A stretch of DNA of 64,000 nt from Eledone cirrhosa (GCA_964016885.1 OZ024741.1:214582001-214646000); one strand, 5' to 3'; counted from the stretch's first letter, positions 27,383 to 40,990 are shown. Notes: generated by a model from the letters alone, not told the origin. Numbers and translations are program-made.

Positions 27383-27790
27383 CCCAATCTGTACGGGTCT
27401 GAGACTTGGACACTGAACAAGAAACTCACTCAGATGGTGGATGGGTGCTTTACGAGAATGCTGAGGATGGCTCTGAACATTAATCAGTATATACTGAGGA
27501 AGAAAAACTCAGAGCTGTATGGGAACCTCCCAAAAGTCACCTCAAAAGTGACACAGGAGACTGAGGTTAGCTGGACATGCTCACCGACATCCAGAGTTGA
27601 CATTGCACTCAGAGCTTCTGTGGGAGCCCCTACATGGACACACTGGAAGAGGAAGACCAAGGTTAACGTATGTTGATGCCCTAAGGACAGACACTGGTCA
27701 GTTGGAGACGCAGGACATGCAGCGATAATGAGGGACAGAGACCGCTGGAGAGAACTCGTCCATGGATCTCGGGAATTTTAACTGCCCTAG
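27383..27790 (+). mobile_element. RTE-clade LINE 3' fragment
   Basis: YGSETWTL...RMLRMALNI...LAGH...GRGRP C-terminal signature. Confidence 0.85.
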
Positions 27791-27803
27791 ATATATATAT
27801 ATA

Positions 27804-28537
27804 TATATCACGATAAATTAACAGAGCCATAGACGTTCGTTATTTCCTCTCAATAATGTGTTCAAAGGAAAAGGAATCCTGAGCTCTTTAAAATACAATA
27901 TGTTGAAAAGGTAACACACTAGAAAGAGATAGCCTGCCATCAATAAAACAGGGAAAACCACCAGTGTATGGAATCTATAATCTATGGAAGGCAGGGTAGA
28001 TACACAATAATTAAAAATATAAATTAAAATGAATATACGCACCTCTATAACTATATAACATACACGTACAAATCCAAAGAGATCTGTTTCGCCAGGAAGT
28101 TGTTGAATGAAATGGAATAGCCTATGGTTCATCAGCGCGTGCTAGACAATACATTCCCGACAACTCTAAGAGAATCTAGTGCGACCGTCCAACTACACGC
28201 TGCAGAGAGATGTCACAGCGTGCTTAGGGCAGTGAACCAGTGGTATCTGAGGGACGAGCTGCTAGAAAGGGCAGCCCCAAAACCACTCAAAGAAGTGTGC
28301 TCAACTAAACAGAGAGAGAGGAAAGACTGTTATAAGGAGCGAAATATCACGATAAAATAACGGAGCCATAGACTCTCGTTATTCCCTATAACTATATCAC
28401 ACACGCTTACAAATCCAAAGAGATCTGTTTCGCCCCTTCCATAGATTATATATTACATACACTGGTGGTTTTCCCTGTTTTATTGATGGCACACTATCTC
28501 TCCCTAGTATGTTACCTTTTCAACATATTGTATTTCA
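27804..28537 (-). mobile_element. pLTR/retrozyme-like insert with direct and inverted repeats and an HHR core
   Basis: Direct repeat 27804/28343; inverted arms 27891-27990 and 28435-28534; minus-strand CTGATGA (28129-28135) and GAAA (28087-28090). Confidence 0.6.
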
Positions 28538-28769
28538 TATATATTTATATATAACAACTGGAAATTGATATATATAAATAAACATATGAAACAATCACAG
28601 GGGATAATTTGTACAAGTGTGCAAGCACACATAGCTATGTAGGTAACTGAATAAAGTTAACTAGAACTTCAAAAATAGATACCTTTACGGGTAATATCGC
28701 GCATGCCTTTCTGGCATTACACCCATAATTTTGATTTAGATTAAATTCACTTTGATTTATCTTAATTTT

Positions 28770-28839
<70 letters not shown>

Positions 28840-29229
28840 AGGATAAAAAGGACGATTGATTATTCATTCATTGCATTTATTGATAGGGGACGCGCGTTTC
28901 GCCACTGATCAGCTCGAGGTTCGATCTATATCGATTCTACCCGACTCAATAATCCGCAGCTCGACGGATCCTCTTAAAATGCTATAAGTGAACCTAAACA
29001 TCGAGTGCTCTCCCGGGTGAACCTGCAGTAACTCCTAGTTACACCCCCTGGATATATATAACCAACAAAGGCGACGGCCTACTACCAACGCCTTCCAACC
29101 AACATCTTCGTGTACATAAACATGGAAGAGGTAGAAAGAGTGCACCCGAGCATAAAATGAAAGGGGCACCGAACGGGCGACAGCGCATTAACACACATAA
29201 GAGCGGTCACTTAGATGGAACCACCCGTA

Positions 29230-30587
29230 GCAAAAGTACAAGGACACGTAATCGCCACCGTAACGTCCTATGGTTCCACCCCCCCCCCCCTACTCTCGAA
29301 GTGTGGCCTCCAACATACCCCGGATATTCTTCGAAGCCTTAGAGAAGAACTTCCCACCCAACCATAGGTATAGAAAAATTCTTAATAGGAACAATATAAA
29401 AATATCCTTCTCTACTACTCCTAACCTAGCAGACATCATAGGAACAAGGAACCACAGTAAGATCCCCAAGACACAGCACCTCGACACAGACGCACCTACA
29501 CCTGACAATAACTATATCGGCCTTAACAACTCCCTGACAGCATCCAATAGTGTTGGCAACGGCATCCGCAGACGCAACCAGAATGACCGCGAAGTGACTG
29601 GGGAACATGCAGAACATGACGTGCGGAATAACAATCGCACCATCCCGCGTGCTGTGGGTTGTAATTGTGCTAACGACAGCTGCGGTAGCGTAGGTAACAA
29701 CGTAGGCAGCAACAATGATAGCCTTACCGTGGGAAATAGACGGAACCGCCACAGAAATTGCAACTGCCGCGACAGAGGACGCTGCCCCCTTAGAGGATAC
29801 TGCTTGACTGATAGGGTTATATATAGATGCACTATTACTAGCCATAATAGCGTTAAACATTATATAGGGGCCACCTCCGGCCCGTTCAAAATTAGGTTTC
29901 GAACACATCTCCACTCTTTCACAAATAGAAAACTAAGGCACTCCACTTCGCTCGCGGACTACATCACATCACTAAAGGACTTAAACATCAGCTTCTCCAC
30001 GCACTGGGAGATTGTCGGCCGGGCTGCACCGTACAACTTCAAGAGGAAATGCGATCTTTGCCTCATGGAGCTCTACCACATCATAACTGCACCCCACGAG
30101 CTCATCAACAGCAGAGCTGAAACAGCGATAAGTTGCACACATCGCTTAAAAATATCCTTCTTTAGATGGGTTAAGAATGAAGAGTGAAATAGTACACTGG
30201 ATCTCCCTGCAACAAGTCTTAACACCCCGGCGGGGAGGCGCAGCAAAATAACACCCAGAAAACAATCCTTGCATACCAGACCCAGCCTCAGACAAACGGA
30301 TGCGGCAAAAAAAAAAAAATAAATTAAAAAAAAAAATTATCCGGGAAAGACTGCCCTAACACCGGCCAGAGTTACCTCCCTTGACCTGCTGCAAAATCAA
30401 AACAAGATATTTTTGCGAGCAATGAATCTTGATGTAGATTTAACCCCCAAAACTCTTTCCGAACTATATAAGGAACACTTGTGAGTATTTATGCCCTTGA
30501 GAAGCCCAACTGGGCGAAACGTACGTAGGTGATATTTTAAATAAACATGTTTTAACGGTCTATTCTCCGATTTTTACTTTCCCACGT
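29230..30587 (+). mobile_element. 5'-truncated Penelope-like element, GIY-YIG ORF 29270-30187 plus 3' pLTR
   Basis: FPPNHRYRKILNRNNIKISFS, CNCR..CPLRGYCL..VIY..YIGAT..FKIR..H, CDLCLME. Confidence 0.9.
30490..30534 (+). ncRNA. Hammerhead-like motif (U3-A8) downstream of GIY-YIG ORF
   Basis: TTGAGAA-gccc aact gggc-GAAAC-gtac-GTA-ggtgata; helix I imperfect. Confidence 0.6.
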
Positions 30588-30820
30588 ATATATATATATA
30601 TAAATAAGTATTGAAGTTTCCGTTGAAAATTGAAAAAGTCATAGGAGAGCAAAATTTAATGTATAATAAACAATACAATATAATTACCTCATTACCAGAG
30701 GTTTCCCTGGTAATGAGGTAATTATATTGTATTGTTTATTCCCTGGTAATGAGGTAATTATATTGTATTGTAATTAGCCGTCGAAACGGCTTGAGCTCAG
30801 CCGTCGGGGTCTTACTGGTT

Positions 30821-30868
<48 letters not shown>

Positions 30869-31025
30869 GTAGGAGGTGAGTTTTATTGTAGTACAATAAA
30901 GCAATGCAGATATCGGATAAGAAGCACTCTACAGTTTGTAGGACTGGAGTATACATAATATAAGATATGTTGATTTAAAACTGCACTATCCACAAGTGTT
31001 TTTTAGCCTTCATATCATGTTCTCC

Positions 31026-31096
31026 TGTTTTATCTGATGAAAACACAAATATTATTGCATGATGATGTTTGTTTTTGAAATGCGCATAATAAAATA
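31026..31096 (+). ncRNA. Minimal type I hammerhead ribozyme (copy 2 of 3)
   Basis: Same as 27113-27183; CTGATGA at 31034-31040, GAAA at 31077-31080. Confidence 0.88.
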
Positions 31097-31126
31097 CATG
31101 GAACTCCTTTAACCATCTTTTGATCT

Positions 31127-31173
<47 letters not shown>

Positions 31174-31205
31174 TAAATGGAAACTATATTTATAAAACCA
31201 TATTT

Positions 31206-31268
31206 ATTTCATTATACATATTTCAGGGATACCAAATTAAATTAAGGTATGCCTTCATCAGACAAAAT
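31206..31268 (-). ncRNA. Type I hammerhead ribozyme (inverted arm)
   Basis: Reverse complement of 31356-31418. Confidence 0.82.
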
Positions 31269-31355
31269 ACAATATATAACAGATGGCCTCCAAAAATAAT
31301 GGTCGCATTTTAAAAGGGTACGTCAAAGCTTATTTGTAAAACTGTTATATATTGT

Positions 31356-31418
31356 ATTTTGTCTGATGAAGGCATACCATAATTTAATTTGGTATCCCTG
31401 AAATATGTATAATGAAAT
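31356..31418 (+). ncRNA. Type I hammerhead ribozyme
   Basis: attttgt-CTGATGA-aggcatacca..tggtatccct-GAAA-TATGTA-TA-atgaaat; 7-bp helix I including G-U pairs. Confidence 0.88.
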
Positions 31419-31546
31419 AAATATGGTTTTATAAATATAGTTTCCATTTATTAATATCGTATATCTACTCCAAATACTTGTCGAGTGCTTTATATCAGTT
31501 ATAAAAATATTTACTTGTTGTATCCCAACAATTTAAATAGAACTTT

Positions 31547-31633
<87 letters not shown>

Positions 31634-32429
31634 TCCCCAGGTGCAATCTGGGGTAGCCACACTAAGTAAGTATTCATTACATAGCAGGGTATAAATGTTT
31701 AATGGAGAAATGACTTCTACAGGATTAGAACTGTTTCATTCGAAGGAAATCATAAGGATTTATTTTCAATGAAACAGTTCTACTGCTGTAGAAGCTTTTA
31801 CTATATTAAACACACACACACACACACATTGTTATACTTTGGGATGTTCCTCGTGCTGCCAATAAAAACACACGCACCTGTTTCTTTTCATTTCAATTTA
31901 TTAGTAATTTCCGGTTTGTTGGTTGGTTGGTTCAATAACCGAATGGTTGTTTACATATTATCAAAGATCTTTCGTCACATATTCTGTGGCCTTCTCAGAG
32001 ACTGGGTTTTATTTTGGGTCTCTCCTTTGTTCTGTCCTACACAATCTGGTTTTTGTGTTGTGCCGTGTGCTTAGTTTGCGCATGCGTTACATCCGGGTGT
32101 GTGTGTTTATTTATCTGTTTATTTACTACTTGGTTGTTCACTCTGTGTGTGCGTGTGTGTGTGTGCATGTATGTGTGTTTATTTATTTATCTATGTGTTT
32201 ATTTACTTGTCACTACTTGGCTGTTTCTTCTATCTGTGTGTGTCTGATTTGTTTTGTGAGTCGGATGTTTGTGTGTCTGTGTGTCTTCATTTTGTCCTTA
32301 ATTACTAGTTGTGATGCTACTAGCCCACTCTGTTTTCTGTTTAATTTTGATTTCGTTGATGTTTGTCGCCTCTGTGATTTGTCTGAGCATATATATATAC
32401 ATATATATATACATATATATATATATATT

Positions 32430-32534
<105 letters not shown>

Positions 32535-32667
32535 AAATAGGATTTCGCTTCAAGCATAGCTTTATACAATATGTATAAGTATTTCGTATCTCCAAGGAAA
32601 TACGGTTTTAGGAAGCCGTAGCTATGCAAACACCTCTGGTGATGTCCAGCAGAAGCAAGGGGGGACA

Positions 32668-32711
32668 ACCGTCTATGCATTTCAGGCTTAACTGGCCTTC
32701 GTCAGGATGGT
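32668..32711 (-). ncRNA. Type I hammerhead ribozyme (inverted copy)
   Basis: accatc-CTGACGA-aggc cagttaa gcct-GAAA-TGCA-TA-gacggt. Confidence 0.85.
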
Positions 32712-32981
32712 CCCTCCCACCGCTTGCGACTGCTGGACTAGAAGACAAGCGAGAATATATACATTTCTCGTCTGTGTAAATGATGTGATTAATCTCATTT
32801 GCATATGAAGCTGCATAAGTTGGCTCAACTTATAATAGAAAAGAAATAGGATTTCGCTTGGAGATACGAAATATTTATACATATTGTATAAAGCTATGCT
32901 TGAAGCGAAATCTTATTTCTTTTCTATTATAAGTTGAGCCAACTTAAGCAGCTTGTCCAGCAGTCGCAAGCGGTGCGAGAG

Positions 32982-33025
32982 ACCGTCCTGACGAAGGCCA
33001 GTTAAGCCTGAAATGCATAGACGGT
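32982..33025 (+). ncRNA. Minimal type I hammerhead ribozyme
   Basis: accgtc-CTGACGA-aggc cagttaa gcct-GAAA-TGCA-TA-gacggt; perfect helices I and II, palindromic ATGCAT helix III. Confidence 0.92.
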
Positions 33026-33122
33026 TGTACCCCCTTGCTTCTGCGCGACATCACTAGAGGGCGTTAGCCCCCGGTGTTTGCATAGCTACGGCTTCCTAAA
33101 ACCGTATTTCCTTGGAGATACG

Positions 33123-33202
<80 letters not shown>

Positions 33203-33278
33203 ATATATACATGCATGTATATATATATGTATATATATATGTTAGCTTCTCGCTACAACAATTTCTATACTTTTCATT

Positions 33279-33352
<74 letters not shown>

Positions 33353-34152
33353 CATATATATATATATATATATACATAGTATATATACTATGTTTGTGTG
33401 TGTGTACGCGAAACATTTCTAGATCGAATATCTATACTTATAACTCAATCTTCCATCATTGTCATAAAAATATAAACAGACAGACACACATATACACACA
33501 CCAAGAGAAACACACACACCCAGGAACACACACACACACAGATGCACATACCCAGACAGACACACATGCACACATCCAGTCACACACACACATATGCACC
33601 CACCCAGATACACATGCACATGCATATACCTAGACACACACATGCACACAACCACACACACAAATCCATATGCACACACACAAACACATGCACACACACA
33701 CAGACACACACATACACAGAGACACACACAGACACACTCATGCACACACCCAGACACACACATTCACATGCACACACACAGACACACGCATTCACATGCA
33801 CACACACAGACACACACACACATGCATACACACAAACACATGCATACACACACATACGCACACATACACAGAGACACACACACATGCACCCACCCAGACA
33901 CACATAGACAAACAACAACAACGTTAGAAATCCATTAAAAGATTATATATAACAAAGGAAGGATTGCTTTGTTTGAGGAACTACTACTGCTACTACTACC
34001 ACTACTACTACTACCACTACTACTACTACTACCTCTACTACTACTACTACTTCTGCTACTACTACTACTACTACTACTACATGTCTATTTTACATGTTTC
34101 CTAATGACTCCTGGAGATGGAAGTCTGTTGTGGTTACTGTTGTTGCTAATAA

Positions 34153-34337
34153 CTGTTTCTACTTTTGGAACAAGGCCAGTAATTATCTCAGCGTATTACT
34201 GGTACTTTATTTTATTGACCCCGTAAGGATGAAAGGCAAAGTAAACCACTGCGGGATTTGAACTCAGACCGTAAAGGGACGTTACTCTATGCTGGAAAGC
34301 ATGACGTCAGACCCTCTACCGATACTGCCAATCCACC
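34153..34337 (-). mobile_element. tRNA-derived SINE copy
   Basis: Homology to 1383-1571. Confidence 0.85.
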
Positions 34338-34520
34338 ATTGTTGTTATTACTGTTGTTGCTAATAATGCTGCTTTTGGGGTTTTTTGTGATGCTGCTGTT
34401 GATGGTGTTACGTTAGACGTTGATGTTGTTCTTACTGTTGATGTTACTGTTGTTGTTATCAATGTCAATCATCATTAAATTATTTATTGATGCGTTTTAT
34501 TATTACTATAGCCGTTGGCC

Positions 34521-34732
34521 TGTGGATTGGTAGGATCGATCGAGCGTCGGACACCCTTCTTTGCGACACAGAGTTACGTCCCTTTACGGCCTGAGTTCGA
34601 ATCCCGCCCAAGTTAACTTTGCCCTCATCCATACGGGGTCGATAAATAAAGCACCAGTTATGCACTGAAGTCGATTTAATCGACCTTCCCCTCCCTTTCT
34701 AATTGCTGGTCTTGTGCCTAAAGTAGAAACAA
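34521..34732 (+). mobile_element. tRNA-derived SINE copy with target-site duplication
   Basis: Homology to the family; ttattactatagcc at 34500-34513 and 35141-35154. Confidence 0.8.
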
Positions 34733-35140
34733 TCTTTATATATATAAAAGCCAGGATGTGTGTGTGTCTGTGTACAACTTTGCATGCATAAGGCTTTCAC
34801 AATTACCAACTGAATTTTACCAAATTTTCTGTGCACGTTGCACAGGCCGCTAAGATTGTCTCATCACAAACATTTTTCAAATCGACCCACGTTGAGCAAT
34901 AAAAAATCGATATCAAAATTATCGGTAGAAAAATTGATGTAAGGGAGATAACAAACTTTATTGACAATCCTTATAAAAAAGGGAGATAACCTTTTCACCA
35001 AATATATTCGTTTGCATTAATTATTGAAGACTTCTGCTTATTTTGACAGGTTGGGGAATAATAATGTTCTTCTTTTACTTCCTAGCTGTATATTCTTAGA
35101 ATAATTTGAAACCCCGAGCAACGCCGGGTAAATCTGCTAG
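34733..35140 (+). mobile_element. Non-autonomous Helitron
   Basis: 5' TC(tttatatatataaaag), subterminal hairpin cccgagcaacgccggg, 3' CTAG, inserted between A and T with no TSD. Confidence 0.85.
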
Positions 35141-35159
35141 TTATTACTATAGCCATTCA

Positions 35160-35775
35160 ATGGGTCAGAGAGGCGGTAAAACGACATGCCAATAAATTCA
35201 TAATTCAGGTCTTTGGTGGACGGACCCAGATGCTGGAATTTTATCAGACGTGTGCAGCCTTCCAGCAGCGTTTGGGGACAAACGATGGGTCAGAGAGCAT
35301 GGTGGACTTTTGTTCCTGTCACGTTGGTGATTCCCGACTGTCGGCGAGAGATGTGAAATCATGTGATAGTGCTATATCTGTAGTTCAGATACGGGAGCCA
35401 ATGAGCAGGGACTCAGGATGGAAAACGTCTGCTCTCGGTGGCCTACTCTACGAGTTTTACGCATATATGCCAGATTTATTCAGCGACATCTTGACAGGCA
35501 GATATTGCAACTGGAAGCAGAACGTTAGAAAGTCTAATTCCGTGAACCCACGAATGATAGTACTACTCATGGAAGATGCGAACGAAGGAAACATAATGGA
35601 TAATTTCCAGCCCACATGTCTGCTCATCACAGAGTTTAGGATTTTTGCCAAGTATTTAGCAAAAGGTTTGGAGCTTGTAGTCGAGAATTTGGTCGGGGAA
35701 GCGCGATTCCCAACCGATTTATCCATGACAACCTTCACCTTCAGGATATGGTGTAAAACAGAACAATGGAGAGAC
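35160..35775 (+). pseudogene. Old L1/Tx1 RT fragment
   Basis: GLLYEFYAYMPDLF..YCNW..NFQP..ELVVENLVGEA aligns by eye with ORF 10396-11196. Confidence 0.8.
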
Positions 35776-35959
35776 ATAAATTGACAAACGTAATAAGTGA
35801 AGAGGTCACAGACTGTGACGAAAGAGATTTAATAATCAACAACTAAACAGCCATGCGGTTATTAAACTAAATTAACCAACTAGGAAATCATAACAATTTG
35901 AAGTGAAATTCAACAGAAGCATGTGTTTATTATTGGCAGCATGACACTCCAAATGTATG

Positions 35960-36067
<108 letters not shown>

Positions 36068-36257
36068 GCTTATATACCTGTATACATGCAGGATGTATAT
36101 ATATATATAGATACATATATATACACAGAAACATACATACGTACATAATTACATCCATCTATCCATCCATGCATACATACATACAAACATACGTACATGC
36201 ATACATGCGTATATAAATTTATACATACATATATTTATACATACATATATGCACACA

Positions 36258-37172
36258 TGGTAACTGCCAACTGGCTTTCGAGTACGGCCACTACTTTATA
36301 TCCATGTAGGAGAACCCCTACCGATGCGCTGAACGAGTGTGACTTTTTAGTCCAGCCAGCGACTTGAAAACTCTGGTACAAACACTACACTTGTGACAAA
36401 TATTGACATAGAGTGCTGGGCCCATGGTACCATGTGACGACAAGTGCAGAGAGATCTCCAGATATAAAGCAATGCCTGTGCTGTGAAGCTTTTATAGTGA
36501 GCAAAGGCACTGCACAAAGCCAGTCCCACTCTCTTAATCAAGATGATATTTACCAAAAAGAAGAACAAGTCAACATCATTGGATACCATCAGGGTTGCAG
36601 GTGTTATATCAGAGTTTTCCTTCTCCTAGAATTCTGCCTTGACAAAGGCTAAGGGGTCATCTCTCCCGGTGATTTTGGATGGCCATTGACTCTTAAGAGC
36701 TCCTTTGCTCTTTGACAGGTTTTGTTTTTAGTCCCGCAGGATGTCCAAAGTTACCCTCCTCACCAAGAAACCTTGGTGGGGTTGCCAGTTTAGTCGCCAA
36801 TGACCTGACCGTGAGACAGATTGTACTGGGATACATGTTACCAGTAGCACCAACTGGTGACCTGACATAAATATACATACATATATATATACATTCATAT
36901 ACATAGATATACACATACATATACATACACATATATATATATATACATACACATATATACATATACATATACATATACATACATATATATACATATATAC
37001 ATATTATATATATATACATACATACACATTTATATACACATACACATACATATATACATAATACATATACATACATACATACACATACATACACATATAT
37101 ACATACATATATATATGGTGGCTGCCAACTCGTTTTCAAGTACAGCCACTACTTTATATCCATGTAGGAGAA
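36258..37172. repeat. Unclassified interspersed repeat with ~55-bp direct repeats
   Basis: ctgccaact..gtac(g/a)gccactactttatatccatgtaggagaac at ~36263-36315 and ~37122-37173. Confidence 0.5.
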
Positions 37173-37712
37173 CACACATACATACATGTATACATACAAA
37201 TATTCACGCGGATTACAAAGAAAAGGACAACAAAATGTCTACCTTGCCAAATTCATGAAAATGACTTGAATTTTTTGTTTCTCTATAATTTTATTACTAA
37301 TCAGTGGTCATTGTTATAATTTAAACACTATGATCACGTGATCATATCTTAACTTCTACATAAAGATTTAAGCCTTTTTACCTCTAAAAATGTTTTTTTC
37401 TTTCCGTTCAATTTTCATATTCGAGGTAGAATAATAATTTTTGTTTTTAATTCTTTAAATTTCCATAAAAAATATCCTTTCCGTTGAGATTCATTATTGC
37501 GTTTAATTATTTTTTGAAATTGTAATTTCGTACAAGGTCACAATGATTCGAATTAATAAGATGTAATATCCTTCGTTGTTTACATTTTTTATTATTATCA
37601 TTATAATATATTATTATTATTGTTATTGTTGTTGTTGTTATGTTGCCGTTGTTGTTGTTATGTTGTTGTTATGTTGTTGTTATCTTGTTGTTGTTGTTGT
37701 TGTTGTATTGAA

Positions 37713-40389
37713 TGACCGAAGAGTAAAGATACTCCTATTGTTCCCGATGAACATCGTGTATCCGGACTATCCACAAATGAAGCTGAGAGAATTGAACGAA
37801 CAAAGTCAAGGAACTAATGAAACAATATTCTTCTTAAGACATCTCGTTGAAAATGGCTTCGGACGAAGTTTTCATTCTGTATTTATTGCGAATTATTGTG
37901 ACTGAAACACCCTTATGAATAACAACATCATCCCCAAAACTATCAAAAACTTGCACCTACCAACATGCTTCAAATCACCAGGCCTCAAATGATCACTTAG
38001 CTACATACAAAAATTCTGCCTAATAAAACTCATACAGCACCTACACCGCACGCTACAACACATACGGACTATTTCCAGCCTTGTACAACAACTCGCTGGA
38101 ACCCCAGAACCTCTGTCCAGAGTTATCTCCGCCGCTATAGACAGGTCATACCACCATCGCCGAGACTACGAGAAAATACGACTAACGCAAACATTTCTCA
38201 AACTCAGCACGGCTAACCGTCTTAACAACATCCCAACTCTAAGCACCAACAGAGACGAACAAGCCTGTACCAACACCGACTAACAACACACCTGACGCAA
38301 AACACCTCGTCACAGACTTGACAGGATCCCTCTCCCGAGAGGAATTAGACCTCCTCAGCCTGGGTCCCAAGTTCATATTGAAACAGAGACTGGGCGACAA
38401 ATTATGGCTCGACATACAAACGAATTTCTGTCGGGTTACCTACCAACTAAAATGGATATCGACTCTCGGCAACAACACCACGTAACCTAACAAACGCAGA
38501 TTCCCGATATACCAACTGGATCGCCCACTCTGTCCACCGCCTGCCAACTGCGAGCTTGAAGAAAAGCTCGAGGCTAAAACATTCCGTATTTAACATCTTA
38601 CGGAAACAGAAGAAGTTAGCCCCAAACCTCTCCAGGACACAACAACTTGCCCTGAAGAACCTACGGAATAGGGAACTTATATACTTAACATCCGACAAAG
38701 GTAAAGAGTTTGCGTCATCTCTCAAGCCACGTACAACAACCTAGCCTTTGAACACCTAAGCAACAATGAACTATATACAGAGATCCAGGACATGACTGCA
38801 GCCCAGATCGAAAAACAGACCAACTCCATCTGGTTCGACATCTGTAAGAGAAGACAACTCCCAAATAAAGTGAAGCACAACTACACCACTAGAAATAGCA
38901 GACTGCCCGCTTTCTACCACCTCATCAAGACCCACAAGAATAGTACTAAGACACAAATAAGACCCATCGTCTCTAGCATAGAAGGACCCCTATACAACAT
39001 TTCCTGGCTCCTCTCCCAGGTCCTCAAGCCTCTACTTTCCACCTTTCCCGGGCACGTCAGTAGCTCCGATGAAGTCATACATAGACTACACCAACTCCAG
39101 CCAGCACAACTTACACTAAATAGATACGCCTTTAGCCTCGACGTTGTCTCCCTCTATACTACAGTCCTCGCTCATCGAGCTGTCGATTTATTGACGGACT
39201 GCGTGGTCGCAGAGGACATCCACTGCTACGGCCTCCTTCCGACGGACATACACCAGCTATTATCCTTCACAGTGGACAACACGTACTTCACCTTCCACCA
39301 CCACACATACAGACAGACAACAGGATTACCCATGGGATCCAGCCTATCGGGCCTGCTGGCCATCACCTATAAGAACCAGCTAGAATGCCGAGCCCACAAC
39401 ACCTGCCATTCCCATACCTTCTTCACTCGATATGTAGATGACATACTCATCCTTACATCATCCCCTGAGGAGGCGGATAAAATATACACAACATTCTCCA
39501 GCATGGACGCCAGTATAAAGTTCAGCATGGAACACATCGATGACCGCGGATCCTTATCCCTACTGGACATCCAACTCAGGGTAACAGAGGAAGGCAACAT
39601 CCACACTTGCTTCTATAAAAAAGCCGCCAGCAGGGACCTGTTCGTACATTTCAGATCGGCCCTCCCAGCCGGCGCTAACTTCGGATACATAAGGAACGAA
39701 CTAACACGTATCCGGAACAAATGCACCGACGCTAGAGACCGAGACACACACACCACACATTTCCTGGAAGTACTCAAACTGAACGGATACACGACATCCA
39801 CCATAAACCGTGCCAGAAAGAACAGAGAACACCACACCCGAGGCACTAACACTTGCTTCCTGAAGCTCCCACGCTTCAGTGACGAAACAACAACAGCCAT
39901 CCACAGAGCTATTAGACGAGAGGGACTAGATATCCAACTGGCCCACTCAGGTCCTTCTATACGCGGACAGCTAACCAAAAGACGCTCCACCAGACATGAC
40001 AACTGCTGCAAGCTAGCCAACTGCCCCATCAACGACACAGACCTATGCCACCAGGCTTACGTCGTATACAGACTAGAGTGCGACAAATGCAGCAACTTCT
40101 ACGTAGGTAGCACCACCAGACCATTTCACATAAGAATAAAAGAACACCTCAATACTAACGCTTCCTCATTTAAGAAACACCTAGTTAAATGCAAAAACAC
40201 CGACAAAACCATAACAGTTAGGATAGAAACTAAGGAAAGAAACCTCGGCAATCTTAGAATTAAGGAAGCACTAATTATAGACAAAACACAACCACCAATC
40301 AATAATAGACTAGAAATCAACACCCAATTTATAACTTGATATAGCATCTAGCCCCATATTTACACCCCCTCCTCTCACACACACGCACG

Positions 40390-40421
<32 letters not shown>

Positions 40422-40422
40422 G

Positions 40423-40493
<71 letters not shown>

Positions 40494-40990
40494 TACACCT
40501 CCACTTATTCTCTCTCACACACATACATACACACACAAAGACCAGTTCTAACACGAGATAACATCTATCCCCCACATTTACGTATAGACATATCTCCTCA
40601 CACTCACACACACACACACACACATACTTACACCTCACACATTCTCCCACACACTTAAACAGGAATGTACAAAAAAAAACTTTTAAAGGGAGACTACTCT
40701 TTATCCACCTAACCTTAACTCTTTGACATTAGAGATAGAACAGATACTCTATACCATTTCCTGTCAGCATGAATTGGCAAGCTATTTAGAACACTGGTTT
40801 AAGCGCTTTACTTCTCTCCGAAGAAGAGATATTATCTCGATAATTAAGGTAAAAGACTAATTGTCAACAATATCTTTTGCATTTGCATTCTTTATTCTAT
40901 GTCCATACCTGCATTGTTTTGGCTTTATAATACATATACAAAGGCTTATACCTCATTACACAATGCTTCAAGTGGACTATAACTTCCTCC
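37713..40990 (+). mobile_element. Penelope-like element, near full length; N-terminal part frameshifted
   Basis: LLSLGPKF and SDKG upstream, open RT-GIY-YIG frame, then a CA-rich 3' UTR and (TA)n. Confidence 0.9.
38792..40339 (+). CDS. PLE reverse transcriptase + GIY-YIG endonuclease (515-aa open C-terminal portion)
   Basis: YHLIKTHK, RPIVS, SLDVVSLYT, QTTGLPMGSSLS, RYVDDI, VVYRLECDKCSNFYVGST..RIKEH, LRIKEALII..PPIN. Confidence 0.88.
   Translation: MTAAQIEKQTNSIWFDICKRRQLPNKVKHNYTTRNSRLPAFYHLIKTHKNSTKTQIRPIVSSIEGPLYNISWLLSQVLKPLLSTFPGHVSSSDEVIHRLHQLQPAQLTLNRYAFSLDVVSLYTTVLAHRAVDLLTDCVVAEDIHCYGLLPTDIHQLLSFTVDNTYFTFHHHTYRQTTGLPMGSSLSGLLAITYKNQLECRAHNTCHSHTFFTRYVDDILILTSSPEEADKIYTTFSSMDASIKFSMEHIDDRGSLSLLDIQLRVTEEGNIHTCFYKKAASRDLFVHFRSALPAGANFGYIRNELTRIRNKCTDARDRDTHTTHFLEVLKLNGYTTSTINRARKNREHHTRGTNTCFLKLPRFSDETTTAIHRAIRREGLDIQLAHSGPSIRGQLTKRRSTRHDNCCKLANCPINDTDLCHQAYVVYRLECDKCSNFYVGSTTRPFHIRIKEHLNTNASSFKKHLVKCKNTDKTITVRIETKERNLGNLRIKEALIIDKTQPPINNRLEINTQFIT

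Noticed and set aside
35792-35836. gtgaaga-g-gtcaca gac tgtgac-gaaa hammerhead-like motif
   Set aside because: G3-G8 mismatch and no convincing helix I or III
38792-40339. Selenoprotein-coding Naiad-type PLE
   Set aside because: No in-frame TGA at the Cys positions and no SECIS recognised
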